From an uncultured Bifidobacteriaceae bacterium (lineage in GTDB: Bacteria; Verrucomicrobiota; Verrucomicrobiia; Limisphaerales; UBA11358), in NCBI GenBank assembly GCA_964536285.1, contig CAZHXG010000004.1:11121-75120 (forward strand): DNA of 64,000 bases, written 5' to 3'. Positions 41,573 through 51,329 of this stretch are shown here, piece after piece. The position numbers and the translations under genes are program-made. The notes below the pieces were generated by a model. That model saw nothing but the letters and a program-made list of their open reading frames with translations. It was not told the origin of the DNA and did no database searches. The number at the start of each line of letters is the position of its first letter. Position 1 is the stretch's first letter.

Positions 41573-44500
41573 TTGCGCGTGCGTAATGCGGCTGGTGGTA
41601 ATCCGCTGCCTTCTCACGGCCGCAGACCAAAATCAACTTTCGAAATCCTCCGGCGATTTGGAGAACTTGACGCTGTGAGCGCAAATACACATCTGTCCCG
41701 GTTCCGATCCCCATTCGTCTGGAGCGCTCTCGTCTTGTGCCTCGCCGCGTCCCATTGTCTGGCGCTTGACCCGGAAAAAACCATCTTCCAAAACAATTGC
41801 AGGACATGGACCCGCCAGAACGGGCTCCCGGCCGACGGCGTCAACGCCATCGCTCAAACCGCCGACGGCTACCTCTGGCTTGGAACCGCCGACGGTCTGG
41901 TCTCGTTCGACGGCATCGAATTCAAATCGCACCGCTTAAATCAACTGCAAAGCCAGATCGTCACCAGCCTCTCCAGTTCCCGGGACGGCGGCCTTTGGAT
42001 GGGCATGGAGCATGGTGCTTTCGCTTATTACGACGGACAAAACATTACATACCAAGGCAAAGAATCTTGGGGCGGCGTCAACCTTAACATTCATTCCATC
42101 TTGGAAACCAGCGACCACACGGTGTGGTTGGCGGCGGAGACTCAACTTGCCATACTGACCAAGGAACGACTCTTCCAAACCGTCGGAAGCAACGACACCA
42201 CCGCGCTCATGCAGGATTCCAAGGGCCGAATCTGGATCGGCACCGCCCATCACGGCCTTTTCTGGTGGGAAAATGGAGTCCTCACCCAGTTTCCCGATCA
42301 TGCCGTTGATGGCCAGGAAATCCGCGCCCTGACCGAGGACAAAAACGGCCAGCTCTGGATCGGCACCGATTGGGGACCGTTCTGCTATGATTCAAACTTT
42401 TTGAGAAAAGACTTCCCTTTTCCATGGTATCCCATCCGCGCCCTTCTGGTGGATCGCGAGGGCGCACTCTGGATGGGAACCACCGGCGCGGGCCTGATCA
42501 AATATCAAAATGGCACGACCACATCGTTTCGCAAGCAGGACGGCCTGGTTGACGACAACGTCTCCGCGCTGGCCGAAGATCAGGAGGGCAACCTCTGGGT
42601 TGGCACTCGGAGCGGTCTCAGCGAGTTCTCCGACTTTAAAATCCCGACCTTTACCAAAACCGAAGGAGTTCCCGCCGAGATCATCACGGACGTCTCCGCG
42701 TCCCGTAACGGCGGCCTTTGGCTGGCCACCGGCCACGGCTTTACCTACTTCGACGGCAAAGGCAACAGCTCGACCACGCTTCTGGGCCTGACCAACGAAT
42801 ACGTCAACAGAATCTTCGAGGCAAAAAACCGGGACATTTACCTCATCAATGGTTACAAGGACATTGAGATTTTCCGCGGCACCAACGTGCTCGCCCGCTA
42901 CACCAACGACGACTGGCCCACCGCTTTTGGCGAAGATGACAAAGGCGTGGTCGTCTCCGTCGGAAAAAACCTTTTCCGCGTTGGGACAAACTATTTTTCC
43001 CCCTTCCCATTCGTCGGCGGTCAGAACCCGGAACTGGGCTGGATTTTCAACATTGCCACCGGACGCGACGGCTCCCTCTGGCTGGCCACCGATGCCGGCA
43101 TTTGCAGCATCAAGGATGGCGTCTTCAAATTATGGTCCGCCAAGGATGGCCTGGCCGACAGCCATGCCGTATGGGTCTGTGAAGACAACGAGGGTGTTGT
43201 CTGGGCCGGCTTGAACAAAGGCATCGCCCGAATCAAAGACGGAAAAGTCACCACAGTCAATCACGACCACGGCTTGTTCGACGACATCATTTACTCCGCC
43301 ATACCCGACAATCGCGGCCGTCTCTGGGTGGATTCCAGCCGCGGTTTTTTCAGCCTTGAGATAGGGGACTTCGATGATTTCACCAACGGCAAAACCAATC
43401 ATGTCACCTGCACCGATTTCACCGGACTTGACGGCGTCAAAAGTTCAGACCGGTTTCAACAAAAAGAAGCGGGCTGCAGGACACTCGACGGCCGCATCTG
43501 GTTCCCCACGGCCCAAGGCGTCGCCATGATTGATCCTGACCGCATCAAAACCCAGTCCGTTCCTCCGCGCATTTACGTCCAGAGCACCCGCGTCGACGGA
43601 ACGGAATTCAAGCCACGCGAGAAAACCGTCCGTCCCGGCAAGGGCAACTTGGAATTCCAATACACCGGCTTGAGCTACATCGCCCCCCAGCGAATTCACT
43701 ACCGCTACATGCTTGAGGGTTATGATAAAGAATGGGTGGACGCCGGCACTCGCCGCGCCGCTTTCTACACCAACCTCAAACCCGGACAATATCGTTTCCT
43801 CGTCCAGGCGTGCAATGAGGACGGCGTCTGGAGCACCGACCCGGCATCCGTTGATGTCGAACTTCTTCCTTACTTCTACCAGACCGCGTGGTTCATCTCC
43901 ATTGCCGTTGCCGCCTTCATCGCCGCCCTCCTGGCGATCTACGCCTGGCGTCTCAAGCTCCTCACCCACAAACAGCAACAATTGCAAAAAAACCGTGACC
44001 TTCTGGAAGCTGAAGTCGCCAGCCGGACGACGGAACTCGCCTACGAGCGCGATTTGTTGGGGGCGCTGCTGGAATATTCCCCGGATCCGATTTATTTCAA
44101 GGATTTGCAATCCCGTTTTTTGAAAACCAGCCGACACATGGTCGTATTTTCCGGGATGAAGGACGTGAATGATTTGGTGGGTAAGACGGATTTTGATTTT
44201 TTTGCGGAGGAACATGCGCGTCCGGCCTTCGAGGACGAACAGGAAATCATGCGCACCGGTCTCCCATTGATCGGCAAGGTGGAAAAAGAGGTTTTGAAAG
44301 GCGGGCGGGAGACTTGGGCGCTCACGAGTAAAATGCCGCTTCGCGATAAAGCTGGCCAGATCATCGGCACGTTCGGCATCTCCAAAGACATCACGGTTAT
44401 CAAACAAGGCGAAGTTGAACTGGCTTACCAACGCGATCTGCTTGAGACGCTGATGGATTATTCTCCCGACTCCATTTTCTTCAAAGACCTGCAATCGCGT

Positions 44501-47500
44501 TTCGTAAGGGTCAGCCGCTCGGAGGTGAATAATTTGAGGCGAGTATCTTTAAGCCATTACCGCGCCTCCCATCCAGCCGATGGAGAAGACTCATTGCCGT
44601 CGCACCTCGCGAGCGTGGAAGAATTTGAAAAATATGTCATCGGGAAGTCGGACGCTGAAATTTATGGGCATGAACGGGCTGGTGAATTTGCCCACGATGA
44701 GGAAGAAATCGTGCGCACGGGCCAGCCGATGATTGGGAAAATTGAACAGACGATTTGCCCCGATGGCAGTGTCATCTGGTATATGACCACAAAAGTTCCC
44801 TGGCGCAACAAGGATGGAGAAATCATAGGTACTTTCGGCACTGCCAGAGAAATTTCCGACCTGAAGAACGCCGAAGCCAAATTGGAACAGGTGAATAAAC
44901 AATTGCAGTGGAAGACGGCGTTCCTTGAGGCCCAAGTGAATTCCTCCATAGACGGAATTTTAGTCGTGGATCAGGAGGGAAAGAAAAGCCTCCAAAACCA
45001 GAGGTTTGCCGACCTGTTCAAAATTCCACAGGGCATCATTGATGGGAACGATGACGCGGCTCAAGTCTTGTGGATTACAAACACAGCCAAAAACCCTGAA
45101 CAGTTCGCCGAAAAAATCTGCTATCTTAATGCTCACCCGAATGAAATCAGTCGCGATGAGATTGAACTCAAGGGCGGGACAATTCTGGATCGATACTCTT
45201 CTCCCGTGGTTGGCCAAGACGGAAAATACTACGGCAGAATCTGGACGTTCCGCGACATCACGGAGCGCAAGCGGGTGGAGGAAGCCTCTGCAGCGCAGCA
45301 GAGGTTGTTGGACAGTTTAATCGCGGCCGTCCCCGACCTGATCTATTTCAAGGATCGGGAAAGCCGCTTCGTCCGAATCAACGAGGCGTTTGCCCGAAGA
45401 TCTGGTTTGATCGACGTCAAAGCGGCGCTGGGAAAGACCGATTTCGACCTCTTTGGAGAACAGCACGCGCGCCAGGCTTACGAAGACGAACAACGAATCA
45501 TGGCCACCGGCCAGCCGATGATTAACAAGGAAGAGCGGGAAGACTGGCCGGACGGGCGGATCACATGGGCAACGAGCACCAAGCTGCCGATGTTCGACAA
45601 TAGCGGGAAGATTGCCGGCATCATGGGCATTTCACACGACATCACCGACTTGAAACGGGCCGATGTCCTGCTGCGGCGAACCGAGGAGCTTTACCGCAAT
45701 GCCATCGCCGGCGCGGATGCAGTGCCCTATTCATCCGATCTCAAGACAAAATCGTATGTGTTCATGGGCGAGGGAATCCAGCAATTGATCGGATATGCGC
45801 CGCACGAAGTGAACGACGCCCTCTGGCAGAAAATCATCCAAAAATCAGTCATGCTGGGTGAGACGGCCGGATTGGACAAGGACGAGGCCGCCCGGCGGGT
45901 GGCTAGCGGTGACATCCGGCACTGGCGTTGCGACATGTGCATCACCACCCGAGATGGAAAAACACGCTGGATTGCTGACGCCTCCGTCCTCAAACTCGAT
46001 GAGTCCGGCCAGCCAATCGGGTCCATGGGCATCCTTCAGGACATCACCGAGCGCAAACTCGCGGACGAAAGTGCCAACCGTTTGGCCGCGATTATCGAAT
46101 ATTCGGACGAGGCAATTATCAGCGAGACCTTGAAAGGCATCATCACCAGTTGGAATTCTGCGGCGGAAAAAATGTTCGGCTACACCCCGTCGGAAATTAT
46201 TGGCCAACCGTTACAGGTGCTCGTTCCGCCAGATTACCTCCATGAGGAAGTGGAGATACTGGCCGGCTTTGCCAGAGGTGAACTTGTCCGGCATTTTGAA
46301 ACTGTCCGGATTCGAAAGAACGGCCAACGATTCGATGTCTCGACCACAATTTCCCCGATCAAAGATTCCGACGGAAAAATCATTGGCGCATCAAAGATCA
46401 TCCGTGACATCACCGAGCGCAAGCGGCTCGAAGCGCAGTTGGTTCAATCGCAGAAGATGGAAACCGTCGGCAAACTGGCCGGCGGTTTCGCGCACGAGTT
46501 CAACAGCATCCTGACGGCCATCATCGGCCAGAGTGAATTGCTGCTCGGCGATCTTCCCGCCGGAAGTCCACTGGCCAAAAACGCGACCGAAATCAGCAAG
46601 GCCGCCGGGCGTGCCGCCAGACTGACCCAGCAACTCCTGGCGTATGGCCGCAAACAGTTTCTCCAACAGGAAATCCTTGATCTCAACCGGGTCATCGCGA
46701 GCATGGAAAGCATGTTTCACCATCTCATGGGCATCGAGGTGGATACGCAGATCGTTCCTGCCCCTGATCTGCAAGCAGTGAAGGCGGACGCCGGACAGAT
46801 TGAACAGGTCATTATGAACATGGCCATCAACGCGCGCGATGCCATGCCCAACGGCGGCAAACTCACGTTGGAAACCGCGAACGTCTCGTTCGACCCGGAG
46901 AGCGTGGGCCGTTATCCGGAATTGAAACCGGGCAACTACGTGATGCTGGCGATCACGGACACCGGCATGGGCATGAGCGAGGAAGTGAAGGCGCGCATAT
47001 TCGAGCCGTTTTTTACGACCAAGGGCGTTGGTCAGGGAACAGGTTTGGGATTGTCCACCTGTTACGGCATCGTCAAGCAAAGCGGCGGTCATATCAGCGT
47101 TTATAGCGAGCCGGGTCGGGGCACAACTTTCAAAATTTATCTACCACAAGTCGAACAGAAGGCGAAAATTTCCATTCAACGTCTTGACTCACCTGATTTG
47201 CCGCGCGGAACGGAAACTATTTTGCTGGTCGAGGACGATCCCGCCCTGCGGGAGATGGCGGCGACATTGTTGCGACGGCTGGGTTACACCGTTTTGACGG
47301 CGGCCAATGGCATCGAAGCCTTGAGCGTGAAACATGAACGAAGCACCGGGCACATAGATTTGTTGTTTACCGATGTCGTCATGCCGCACATGAGCGGCAA
47401 GGAACTGGCCGATCGCGTGCGGGCGTTGTATCCTTACACGAAAATTCTTTTCACCTCCGCCTACACCGAGAACGCCATCGTCCATCAAGGCGTGTTGAAC

Positions 47501-47659
47501 AAAGGCGTGAACCTTTTGCAAAAGCCGTTCACGCCGTCCGCACTGGCGCACAAATTACGGGAAGTGCTGGACCAACAGGGCGCTCCGAACCCGGATAATG
47601 CGCAAAAAGAAACTGGCTTCGAGAAAATCTCCGAAGAAGCAAAGACGCCCGGGAACTGA
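41573..47659 (+). CDS. Giant hybrid sensor kinase: periplasmic beta-propeller (Reg_prop repeats) plus Y_Y_Y domain, TM, about 7 PAS domains, HisKA, HATPase and REC
   Basis: 2028 aa. Repeated LWIGT/LWMGT/LWVGT propeller blades, Y_Y_Y motif IHYRYMLEGYDKEW, and TM segment AWFISIAVAAFIAALLAIYAW. Three copies of a PAS module (IYFKDLQSRF...GKTDFDFF...DEQEIMRTG). H-box AGGFAHEFNSIL and a C-terminal receiver. The exact start is uncertain. Confidence 0.9.
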   Translation: MRVRNAAGGNPLPSHGRRPKSTFEILRRFGELDAVSANTHLSRFRSPFVWSALVLCLAASHCLALDPEKTIFQNNCRTWTRQNGLPADGVNAIAQTADGYLWLGTADGLVSFDGIEFKSHRLNQLQSQIVTSLSSSRDGGLWMGMEHGAFAYYDGQNITYQGKESWGGVNLNIHSILETSDHTVWLAAETQLAILTKERLFQTVGSNDTTALMQDSKGRIWIGTAHHGLFWWENGVLTQFPDHAVDGQEIRALTEDKNGQLWIGTDWGPFCYDSNFLRKDFPFPWYPIRALLVDREGALWMGTTGAGLIKYQNGTTTSFRKQDGLVDDNVSALAEDQEGNLWVGTRSGLSEFSDFKIPTFTKTEGVPAEIITDVSASRNGGLWLATGHGFTYFDGKGNSSTTLLGLTNEYVNRIFEAKNRDIYLINGYKDIEIFRGTNVLARYTNDDWPTAFGEDDKGVVVSVGKNLFRVGTNYFSPFPFVGGQNPELGWIFNIATGRDGSLWLATDAGICSIKDGVFKLWSAKDGLADSHAVWVCEDNEGVVWAGLNKGIARIKDGKVTTVNHDHGLFDDIIYSAIPDNRGRLWVDSSRGFFSLEIGDFDDFTNGKTNHVTCTDFTGLDGVKSSDRFQQKEAGCRTLDGRIWFPTAQGVAMIDPDRIKTQSVPPRIYVQSTRVDGTEFKPREKTVRPGKGNLEFQYTGLSYIAPQRIHYRYMLEGYDKEWVDAGTRRAAFYTNLKPGQYRFLVQACNEDGVWSTDPASVDVELLPYFYQTAWFISIAVAAFIAALLAIYAWRLKLLTHKQQQLQKNRDLLEAEVASRTTELAYERDLLGALLEYSPDPIYFKDLQSRFLKTSRHMVVFSGMKDVNDLVGKTDFDFFAEEHARPAFEDEQEIMRTGLPLIGKVEKEVLKGGRETWALTSKMPLRDKAGQIIGTFGISKDITVIKQGEVELAYQRDLLETLMDYSPDSIFFKDLQSRFVRVSRSEVNNLRRVSLSHYRASHPADGEDSLPSHLASVEEFEKYVIGKSDAEIYGHERAGEFAHDEEEIVRTGQPMIGKIEQTICPDGSVIWYMTTKVPWRNKDGEIIGTFGTAREISDLKNAEAKLEQVNKQLQWKTAFLEAQVNSSIDGILVVDQEGKKSLQNQRFADLFKIPQGIIDGNDDAAQVLWITNTAKNPEQFAEKICYLNAHPNEISRDEIELKGGTILDRYSSPVVGQDGKYYGRIWTFRDITERKRVEEASAAQQRLLDSLIAAVPDLIYFKDRESRFVRINEAFARRSGLIDVKAALGKTDFDLFGEQHARQAYEDEQRIMATGQPMINKEEREDWPDGRITWATSTKLPMFDNSGKIAGIMGISHDITDLKRADVLLRRTEELYRNAIAGADAVPYSSDLKTKSYVFMGEGIQQLIGYAPHEVNDALWQKIIQKSVMLGETAGLDKDEAARRVASGDIRHWRCDMCITTRDGKTRWIADASVLKLDESGQPIGSMGILQDITERKLADESANRLAAIIEYSDEAIISETLKGIITSWNSAAEKMFGYTPSEIIGQPLQVLVPPDYLHEEVEILAGFARGELVRHFETVRIRKNGQRFDVSTTISPIKDSDGKIIGASKIIRDITERKRLEAQLVQSQKMETVGKLAGGFAHEFNSILTAIIGQSELLLGDLPAGSPLAKNATEISKAAGRAARLTQQLLAYGRKQFLQQEILDLNRVIASMESMFHHLMGIEVDTQIVPAPDLQAVKADAGQIEQVIMNMAINARDAMPNGGKLTLETANVSFDPESVGRYPELKPGNYVMLAITDTGMGMSEEVKARIFEPFFTTKGVGQGTGLGLSTCYGIVKQSGGHISVYSEPGRGTTFKIYLPQVEQKAKISIQRLDSPDLPRGTETILLVEDDPALREMAATLLRRLGYTVLTAANGIEALSVKHERSTGHIDLLFTDVVMPHMSGKELADRVRALYPYTKILFTSAYTENAIVHQGVLNKGVNLLQKPFTPSALAHKLREVLDQQGAPNPDNAQKETGFEKISEEAKTPGN

Positions 47660-47661
47660 TT

Positions 47662-50600
47662 ATGGGAAAATTGATGCGGGATCAGAAATTGACGACATTC
47701 ACGCGTGTAGTGGTGCTCATCGCGCTTTACTTCGTCGGAGGATTGATCGGCAAACAGACGACGTTTCTTTCCGGCAGCGTGGCGCTGGTCTGGCCGCCGG
47801 CGGGCATTGCGCTTGCCGCCATTCTGCTGTTTGGCTACCGGTTTTGGCCGGGCGTGGCTTTGGGCGCGGTACTCTTTTCGACGATGAACGGAATGCCGTT
47901 CGGATTTTTCACGCTTGGAACGGCCGTCGGCAACACCATGGGTGCCATCGTCTGCGCTTACCTGCTGAAAAGATTCATCGCCTTCGACAATGCGATGGAA
48001 CGCACACGCGATGTGATTGGCTACATTGTGCTGGCGTGTTTTCTCGGCACGACGGTCAATGCGGCGTTCAATGTCGTCAGCCTTGCCTACAGCGGCGCGG
48101 TCAAGTGGGACGATTTATTTCCCACGACTCTGGTGTGGTGGGTGCCAAACGCGCTCGCTGGTCTCGTCGTCGCGCCGTTCATCATCACTTGGGCGACGCC
48201 GTCGGCCATTCGCTGGAATGGGAAGCTGATTTTTGAAGCCGTCATCTGCGGCGCGGGCTTGGTCGGCGGCACGCTGATTTCTTTTAATTCCTGGTTTGTC
48301 TATGGCATTCAAAATTATCCGCTCGCGTATTTGCCATTTCCATTTCTCGTCTGGGGCGCGCTGCGCTTCGGCCAGCGCGGCGCAACGACGGGAACATTGC
48401 TGGTGTCAACACTTGCTATTTATTCACTCGTCCGCGGAACCGGGCCGTTCGTGACGATTTCTGAAAAGGACAGTCTGATGCTCATCGGCAGTTACATCGG
48501 GATTCTGGCGGTCACGAATATGCTGTTGGCCGCCGCCGCCGCCGAGCGTCGTGCCGCCGAACGCGCGGTGTCAGAAAGTGAAAAACGTTTTCGCGCCGTC
48601 GTCGAAGACCAGACGGATTTGATCTGCCGTTTCAAGCCGAACGGCCTGCTCACTTTTGTGAACGAGGCGTTCTGCCGTTTTCACGGCAAACGCAGCGACA
48701 AACTAATCGGCACGAATTTTTTTCAAACTTTATCCGAAGAGGATGCCGCCGTTCCGTTGAGTTACATCAATTCTTTGCCGCCGGATGAACCGGTCGTTTC
48801 GTTCGACCATCGCCTGCATTCGCCGGACGATCAAATTGTCTGGCATCAATATCGCGTCCGCCGGTTGTTTGAGAAAAAGGGCGACACGCGGGAATTTCAG
48901 GCGGTGATCCAGGACATCACGCAACGCAAACAATCCGAGCAAGCCTTGCGCGCGAGCGAGGAAAAATATCGTTCGCTCATTGATCACATCCCAGACGTCG
49001 TCTGGACCGCCGATTCAAACCGCGACCTGATTTACATCAGCGGCAACGCCGTCAAAGTGCTCGGTTACGGTTCGGAAGAACTTCTCGGCGGGCAATTATG
49101 GTTGAACCGGATTCATCCCGAAGACGCGTCGCGTGTCGGTCAGGCTTATCAGAAGCTTTTTTCCGAGGGCGAGAAATTCGACGTGGAATACCGCGTCTGC
49201 CGGAAAAATGGCGAGTGGATTTGGCTGCACAACCGTGCTCTCGCCACTCGCCCGCGCGAAGGCGTCATGTGCGCCGATGGTATTTTTCTGGACATCACGC
49301 AGCGCCGCCAGTCAGAGGACGCCGTCCAGCAGACGAAGGACGCCGCTGAGACCGCGAACCTCGCCAAAAGCCAGTTTCTCGCCAACATGAGCCACGAATT
49401 ACGCACGCCGCTCAACGCCATCATCGGCTTTTCGGAAATTCTCGCCGACCAAACGTTTGGCGACCTGAACGACCGGCAACTCAAATACAGCAACAACATT
49501 CTCAACAGCGGACGCCATTTGCTGCAACTCATCAACGACATTCTCGACTTGGCGAAAGTGGAAGCAGGGCGCGTGGAACTGATGCGAAATACGTTCAGCG
49601 TCGCGAAGGCGTTGACGGAGGTGCAAACCATCGTCAAAACACTCGCCAACAAAAAACACATTCTCCTTGAATCGAAAGTTGCGGTGGAACTGCCGGAGTT
49701 GTTCGCAGACGAAGCGAAGTTCAAACAGATCATGTATAATCTGTTGAGCAACGCGATCAAGTTCACGCCGGACGGCGGGAAAGTTTTTATCAGCGCCACC
49801 GTCCAAACCGCCGACCACGGCGATTCGGTTTTGCAAATCGCCGTGACCGACACTGGCATCGGCATCAAGGCGAACGATCAGGAGCGCGTTTTCAAAGAGT
49901 TCGAGCAGGTGGATTCCTCTTACGGCCGGCAGCAGCAAGGCACTGGTTTGGGACTCGCATTGACCAAGCGGCTCGTCGAGATGCACGGCGGAAAAATCCG
50001 CGTCGAGAGCGAAGGCGTCGAAGGAAAAGGCAGCACGTTCACTTTTTCGATTCCGATTCCAAGAGCGGAAATGGCGCCGACGCTACTCACCGACAAGCCG
50101 GGCGCGCACGACGACACCATTCGTCCGTTGGTTTTGGTCGCGACGGATGACGACGCGCATCAGCAGCTCATCGGCAAATATCTGACGACTGCGGGCTACG
50201 ATGTGACGATGGTTTCCGAGACGGAGGCGATGGTGGCGGCGTTAAAAGTCCGGCGTCCTTACGTCGTGGCGATTGATCGCAAATTGGGCGGTGGCGGCCA
50301 GTCGGCGGAACAAACTAAATCCGATTTTTCTGACACGCTCGTCCAGTACAAATGCCATTCACGAATTCCCGCCGGAATCCGGCAGGTGATTTTTTCTGGC
50401 GACGGAAACGGCCATTTGACGTTCAGTTTGATCGGCAAGGAAGGCGCAGTTTCCTCGCGCGTGAGTTCGCGGCTCGCGGACGCCATCCACCAGTCCGACA
50501 CCACCATCGGGAAGGAGCTCAAAACGATTTTGATCATTGACGACGAGCCGTCCATTTTGGAATTGCTCACGAAAACTTTGCTGCAAAAAGGTTTTCGAGT

Positions 50601-50913
50601 TTTGCGCGCCGCGGACGGCCGGACCGGCGTGGAGTTCGCAACGAAATATCTGCCTGAAGTCATCATTCTCGATTTCAATATGCCGGAATTCAGCGGGACT
50701 CAAATCGTCGAACAACTGCGCGCGTACCCACGCACGAAAAACATTCCAATTTTGATCAACACCGGCACGGTGCTGAATGAAGAGGAACGCCAGCGGCTTG
50801 CCGGTCATGTGCAGTCCATCACCTCCAAAACCGAGCGCGAAAATCTGCTGTCGGAATTGGAACGGCTCGGCGCGTTGAGTGATGAAACGGTTGCAACCGG
50901 AGTGAACTTATGA
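47662..50913 (+). CDS. MASE1-type membrane sensor hybrid histidine kinase (MASE1, 2 PAS, HisKA, HATPase, atypical receiver, receiver)
   Basis: About 8 N-terminal TM helices resembling MASE1, two PAS domains, H-box MSHELRTPLNAIIGF and HATPase GTGLGLALTKRLVEMHGG. Two receiver-like regions follow; the second is canonical (ILIIDDEPSIL...VIILDFNMP). Confidence 0.88.
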   Translation: MGKLMRDQKLTTFTRVVVLIALYFVGGLIGKQTTFLSGSVALVWPPAGIALAAILLFGYRFWPGVALGAVLFSTMNGMPFGFFTLGTAVGNTMGAIVCAYLLKRFIAFDNAMERTRDVIGYIVLACFLGTTVNAAFNVVSLAYSGAVKWDDLFPTTLVWWVPNALAGLVVAPFIITWATPSAIRWNGKLIFEAVICGAGLVGGTLISFNSWFVYGIQNYPLAYLPFPFLVWGALRFGQRGATTGTLLVSTLAIYSLVRGTGPFVTISEKDSLMLIGSYIGILAVTNMLLAAAAAERRAAERAVSESEKRFRAVVEDQTDLICRFKPNGLLTFVNEAFCRFHGKRSDKLIGTNFFQTLSEEDAAVPLSYINSLPPDEPVVSFDHRLHSPDDQIVWHQYRVRRLFEKKGDTREFQAVIQDITQRKQSEQALRASEEKYRSLIDHIPDVVWTADSNRDLIYISGNAVKVLGYGSEELLGGQLWLNRIHPEDASRVGQAYQKLFSEGEKFDVEYRVCRKNGEWIWLHNRALATRPREGVMCADGIFLDITQRRQSEDAVQQTKDAAETANLAKSQFLANMSHELRTPLNAIIGFSEILADQTFGDLNDRQLKYSNNILNSGRHLLQLINDILDLAKVEAGRVELMRNTFSVAKALTEVQTIVKTLANKKHILLESKVAVELPELFADEAKFKQIMYNLLSNAIKFTPDGGKVFISATVQTADHGDSVLQIAVTDTGIGIKANDQERVFKEFEQVDSSYGRQQQGTGLGLALTKRLVEMHGGKIRVESEGVEGKGSTFTFSIPIPRAEMAPTLLTDKPGAHDDTIRPLVLVATDDDAHQQLIGKYLTTAGYDVTMVSETEAMVAALKVRRPYVVAIDRKLGGGGQSAEQTKSDFSDTLVQYKCHSRIPAGIRQVIFSGDGNGHLTFSLIGKEGAVSSRVSSRLADAIHQSDTTIGKELKTILIIDDEPSILELLTKTLLQKGFRVLRAADGRTGVEFATKYLPEVIILDFNMPEFSGTQIVEQLRAYPRTKNIPILINTGTVLNEEERQRLAGHVQSITSKTERENLLSELERLGALSDETVATGVNL

Positions 50914-51329
50914 CCGGCAAAAAAATTCTCATCATCGAGGACAACTTATTAAACCTCGAACTCGCCACCGATTTGTTGGAGGCGAACGGCTTTGTCGTTT
51001 CTTCGGCGCAGACGGCGGAAGAAGGTTTGAGGATGGCGCGAGAACTTTTGCCGGATTTGGTGCTGATGGATTTCAGCCTGCCCGGCATGGATGGTTTGTC
51101 CGCCACCAAAAATCTCAAAGCCGATTCCACGACGCGCTATCTGGCTGTCGTCGGCCTCACGGCCAACGCCATGAAAGGCGACGAGGAACTCGCGCTGAAC
51201 GCCGGTTGCGACGGCTACCTGACCAAGCCGATTGACACACGGACATTCATCGCCGCCGTAAATCAATTCATCACGGCGGCAAAATTGTGCCAAACAGAAA
51301 ATCAACCCGTTGAAAATTATGCAAAGTGA
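50910..51329 (+). CDS. Single-domain CheY-like response regulator
   Basis: ILIIEDNLLNLEL...LVLMDFSLPGMDG...GLTANAMKGD...YLTKPI. Confidence 0.9.
   Translation: MTGKKILIIEDNLLNLELATDLLEANGFVVSSAQTAEEGLRMARELLPDLVLMDFSLPGMDGLSATKNLKADSTTRYLAVVGLTANAMKGDEELALNAGCDGYLTKPIDTRTFIAAVNQFITAAKLCQTENQPVENYAK

Noticed and set aside
47598-48236. 212-aa ORF spanning the junction of the giant kinase and the MASE1 kinase.
   Set aside because: It is out of frame with both well-supported genes, and its translation is Arg/Gly/His-rich.
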